Part shown: one piece after another, positions 54,640 to 57,354 of the stretch | How the letters are laid out: each line of letters opens with the position of its first letter | Numbering within the stretch: position 1 is the first letter of the stretch | Origin: Candidatus Dormiibacterota bacterium | GTDB taxonomy: Bacteria; Chloroflexota; Dormibacteria; DASZGP01 | Length of the DNA stretch: 57,354 bases | NCBI GenBank assembly: GCA_036741395.1 | Contig: DAINSI010000003.1 | Span: 4,711-62,064 of the forward strand | Direction of reading: 5' to 3' | Translations under genes and position numbers: made by a program | Notes under the pieces: model-generated | The model's input: only the letters and a program-made list of their open reading frames with translations | Told to the model about the DNA's origin: nothing | The model's database searches: none

Positions 54640-55502
54640 CCTTCGAGGTCTTGGCGCCGGGCCCGCTGACGACGGTCCAGGACCTGGGGCGTCCCGGCTG
54701 GGGCGCCTATGGCATTCCCGAAGGTGGCGCCATGGACCGCGCGACCCTGCGCGCGGCCAACCGGCTCGCCGGCAACCCGCCGGGGAGCGCAGCCCTGGAG
54801 TACACGCTCCGCGGCCCCCGCCTGCGCTGGCGCGGCCGTCGCCCCGTCGAGGTCGCGGTCGCCGGCGACACCATGACCCGGCGAACGCTGGACCCCGGTG
54901 ACATCCTGGACTGCGGCGCGCTGGGGGAGCGGGCGCGGGGTTACGTCGCGGTCCAGCAGGGGTTCGCCGCGGTGTCGGTGCTGGGCAGTCACGCCACCTG
55001 CCTGGCCGGCGGGTTCGGCGGCTTCGAGGGTCGGCCTCTCCGCGCGGGCGACCGCCTCCGTGTCAACGCGGCGACGCGCGCAGTCCGCACGTCGACCGCA
55101 GGCCCGGACGACATCACGTCGCCGCGCGTGCTCGCGGCGTTGCGCATCATCTCCGCTGGACGCACCGGCGCCGCGGCGCTGAGGGGCCTGGTCGACGAGT
55201 CATGGACCGTGGCCGAGGCCGACCGCGCCGGCATCCGCCTCGCCGGACCGTCAATCAGCGCGCGACCGCTGCAGGCCTCGCGCCCGGTCTGCGCCGGCGC
55301 CGTCCAGGTGACCGGCGAGGGTCAGCCGATAGTTCTCCTCCGCGACCACCCGACCGTGGGCGGCTACCCGCTGGCCGGCCTGGTCATCGGTGCGGACCTC
55401 GACCACTGTGCGCAGCTCCGTCCCGGCGCCGAGGTGCGATTCCGGCGCGTCACCGAGGCGGTCGCGCTGCGCGCGCTCAGAGCCGAGGCGCCGGACCCAT
55501 GA
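54636..55502 (+). CDS. pxpC: 5-oxoprolinase subunit C
   Basis: TTVQDLGRPG, GAMD, ANRLAGN, GGFEGRPLRAGD, DRAGIRL, GAVQV...GQPIVLL.DHPTVGGYP. Confidence 0.88.
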   Translation: MTFEVLAPGPLTTVQDLGRPGWGAYGIPEGGAMDRATLRAANRLAGNPPGSAALEYTLRGPRLRWRGRRPVEVAVAGDTMTRRTLDPGDILDCGALGERARGYVAVQQGFAAVSVLGSHATCLAGGFGGFEGRPLRAGDRLRVNAATRAVRTSTAGPDDITSPRVLAALRIISAGRTGAAALRGLVDESWTVAEADRAGIRLAGPSISARPLQASRPVCAGAVQVTGEGQPIVLLRDHPTVGGYPLAGLVIGADLDHCAQLRPGAEVRFRRVTEAVALRALRAEAPDP

Positions 55503-56221
55503 GCCCCGGCGCGCGCCCCATCGACATCAACGCGGACGTCGGCGAGGGGCTCGACGATACGGCGTTTTTCCCGCTCGTGACCTCCGTCAGCATCGCCTGC
55601 GGCGGCCACGCGGGCGACAGCGCCACCATGGGCGCGACGGTCGCGATGGCGATGCGCGCCGGCCTGCTGCTGGGTGCCCATCCCGCATACCCCGACCGCG
55701 ACGGTTTCGGTAGACGCGTTCTCGACATTTCCCTGGTGGAACTCCGCGACAGCCTGTTGCAGCAGCTCGGCGACCTGGGCGCCATTGTCGAGCGAGCCGG
55801 TGGCCGGCTGACCCATGTCAAAGTCCACGGCGCCCTCTACAACCGTGCCTGGAACGACCTCGATACTGCATCGCTGGTCGTCGACTGCGCGCGTGTCGCC
55901 ACGCCCGGCGCCGCCATCTTCGGTCCGCCCGGGTCGGCGCTGCTCCAGGCGGCTGAGGCAGCGAGTGTGGCGGGCGTGGCGGAGGCGTTCCTGGACCGGG
56001 CCTATGGGTCCGACGGCACCCTGCGGTCGCGCGACGTCGGCGGCGCGGTCATCGGGGGCGAGGATGGCCTGCAGAGACAGCTTGCATATCTTCGGGGCAT
56101 GGCGTTCCGCACCGTCTGCGTCCACAGCGACAACCCGGCAGGGGTCGAGCTGCTGGTGGGACTCCGCGCCGCGCTGCGCCGCGAGGGCATGCGGGTCGCG
56201 CCCTACCTCGAGTCGCGGTGA
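55499..56221 (+). CDS. pxpA: 5-oxoprolinase subunit A (LamB/YcsF family)
   Basis: DINADVGEG, IACGGHAG, GAHP.YPDR.GFGRR, KVHGALYN, EAFLDRAY, VCVHSD; ATG 55499 overlaps the pxpC TGA. Confidence 0.9.
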   Translation: MSPGARPIDINADVGEGLDDTAFFPLVTSVSIACGGHAGDSATMGATVAMAMRAGLLLGAHPAYPDRDGFGRRVLDISLVELRDSLLQQLGDLGAIVERAGGRLTHVKVHGALYNRAWNDLDTASLVVDCARVATPGAAIFGPPGSALLQAAEAASVAGVAEAFLDRAYGSDGTLRSRDVGGAVIGGEDGLQRQLAYLRGMAFRTVCVHSDNPAGVELLVGLRAALRREGMRVAPYLESR

Positions 56222-57204
56222 GACGCAGCCTCGACATGTCCGCCGTCGTCTTCATCGCGGCGATGCTGATGTTGGGGGTGGCCGCCGCCGTGGTGGTGCT
56301 GCGCCATCCATTCGGCGGCGCCAGCGCCGGGGCGCGGCACCACTACCTCGACTCGCCTTACCAGTCGCTGCTCTTCTACAGGGGGCAGCTCCACGTCCAG
56401 TCCGGCCGGGCCATCGGCCACGCCCTTCCGCGTGACCTCTCGCGAGCCTACGAGCGCAAGGGTTACCAGTGGGTCTCGATCACCGACCTCAACACGCTGA
56501 CCCTGACCAACGCCTTCGACACCCCCAACATCGTGGCGGTTCCGGGAACGGAGGCGCAGTACCCGTTCGGCCGGCTGCTGGAGTACGGCGTGGAGGAGAT
56601 CGCCCCCGCGACCTCACTGCAGGACGCCATTGACAACGTTCACACCCTGGCCGGCGCGGTCATCCTGTCGCGCCCCAAGGATCCACCCCGGGTCAGCGTC
56701 GACCAGGCGATGTCCCTAAGGCGGCTTGACGCGGTCGAGATCTACGATGCCCGCCTCCACCACGAGAACCCGCCGGTCTCTGACGCCACCGACATGTGGG
56801 ACCAGATGCTGACCCGCGGGCGTCACACCTGGGCGGTGATTGGCGACGACACCCTCGACATCGAGGGCCCCAATTCGACCCTGGGACAGACCTCCGTCGA
56901 CGTCCAGGTCGCGGAGCTCAACCCGCCCCTGATCTACGACGCCATCCGCCATGGCGCCTTTGTCGACAGCACCGGGGTGCGCGTCCTCGGCGTGGACACC
57001 ACCACCAGGACCGACAGCATCCGTGTGATCACGTCAGACGCGACCACCATCAAGTGGTACGGCAGGGGCGGTACTCTCCTCGCCACAACCAACGGCGCCG
57101 ACGGCACCTACAGGGTCAAATGGAACGAGATGTACGTGCGTGCCGTCGCGTCCCGCGCCGATGGCGCGCAGGCCTGGACTCAGCCGATTTTCGTCATCCC
57201 CTAA
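56218..57204 (+). CDS. Membrane-anchored PHP-fold (CehA/McbA-like) protein with degenerate metal site
   Basis: N-terminal TM; YRGQLHVQ, ITDLN, GTE, EIYD, WDQML.RG, IGDDTLD, YVRAV...AWTQPIF. Confidence 0.7.
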   Translation: MRRSLDMSAVVFIAAMLMLGVAAAVVVLRHPFGGASAGARHHYLDSPYQSLLFYRGQLHVQSGRAIGHALPRDLSRAYERKGYQWVSITDLNTLTLTNAFDTPNIVAVPGTEAQYPFGRLLEYGVEEIAPATSLQDAIDNVHTLAGAVILSRPKDPPRVSVDQAMSLRRLDAVEIYDARLHHENPPVSDATDMWDQMLTRGRHTWAVIGDDTLDIEGPNSTLGQTSVDVQVAELNPPLIYDAIRHGAFVDSTGVRVLGVDTTTRTDSIRVITSDATTIKWYGRGGTLLATTNGADGTYRVKWNEMYVRAVASRADGAQAWTQPIFVIP

Positions 57205-57329
57205 GGCGGGATCTGACCCCGGAGCCGCTCGCGGTCCGCTGCGGATGCCGCCCGCGCAGTCGTCCCACAGGCGCCACCCCTCCGAGTGACATCACACTGG
57301 CCTGTGCCAGTATGTGCTAATGTATCTAG

Positions 57330-57354
57330 ATGGCCCGAAGCGCTGCGATCTATG
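57330..57354 (+). CDS. Start of a probable serine recombinase (truncated by the window edge)
   Basis: TAATGT-6nt-ATG, then MARSAAIY[V/A/D/E/G], resembling the AIYxRxS serine-recombinase N-terminus; only 8 codons are visible. Confidence 0.4.

Overview
High-GC bacterial chromosome segment. The lineage is inferred as a monoderm Terrabacteria-type organism, possibly Ca. Dormibacterota or a relative, from sortase-like sorting signals and many leaderless genes; this is not provable from the window. Left part: partial bioB, then a dCache-GGDEF-HD-GYP gene, then about 11 kb of accessory DNA integrated at a tRNA-Lys(CTT) gene (15382-15456, minus). Three direct copies of the tRNA 3' end (4493-4516 degenerate, 9030-9074, 15382-15426) define two tandem islands, neither with an integrase. 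The inner islet keeps paired TGACATCC arm-like sites and carries a MenA2/MenT2-like type IV TA pair, an AEP primase-SF2 helicase fusion and an ATPase-DUF234 nuclease. The outer, eroded island carries VapBC, ArsR, an NTase/XRE pair, an IS481 remnant and the 3' stub of a paralogous ATPase. The rest is core-like: an Arg-less sortase-like gene; four large secreted hydrolases that all end in G[TM]P[NG]T[SGA]-TM-basic tail; a CTG-start glutaredoxin; PAS-GGDEF-EAL; UvrD2; ppa-acs followed by a frameshifted sensorless histidine kinase; msrA; and an 8-gene coupled operon folB-larC-folD-folC-pxpB-pxpC-pxpA-PHP pseudoenzyme. The window ends at the probable start of a serine recombinase. No CRISPR array and no rRNA were seen. 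All family assignments come from motif recognition by eye; no database search was run.
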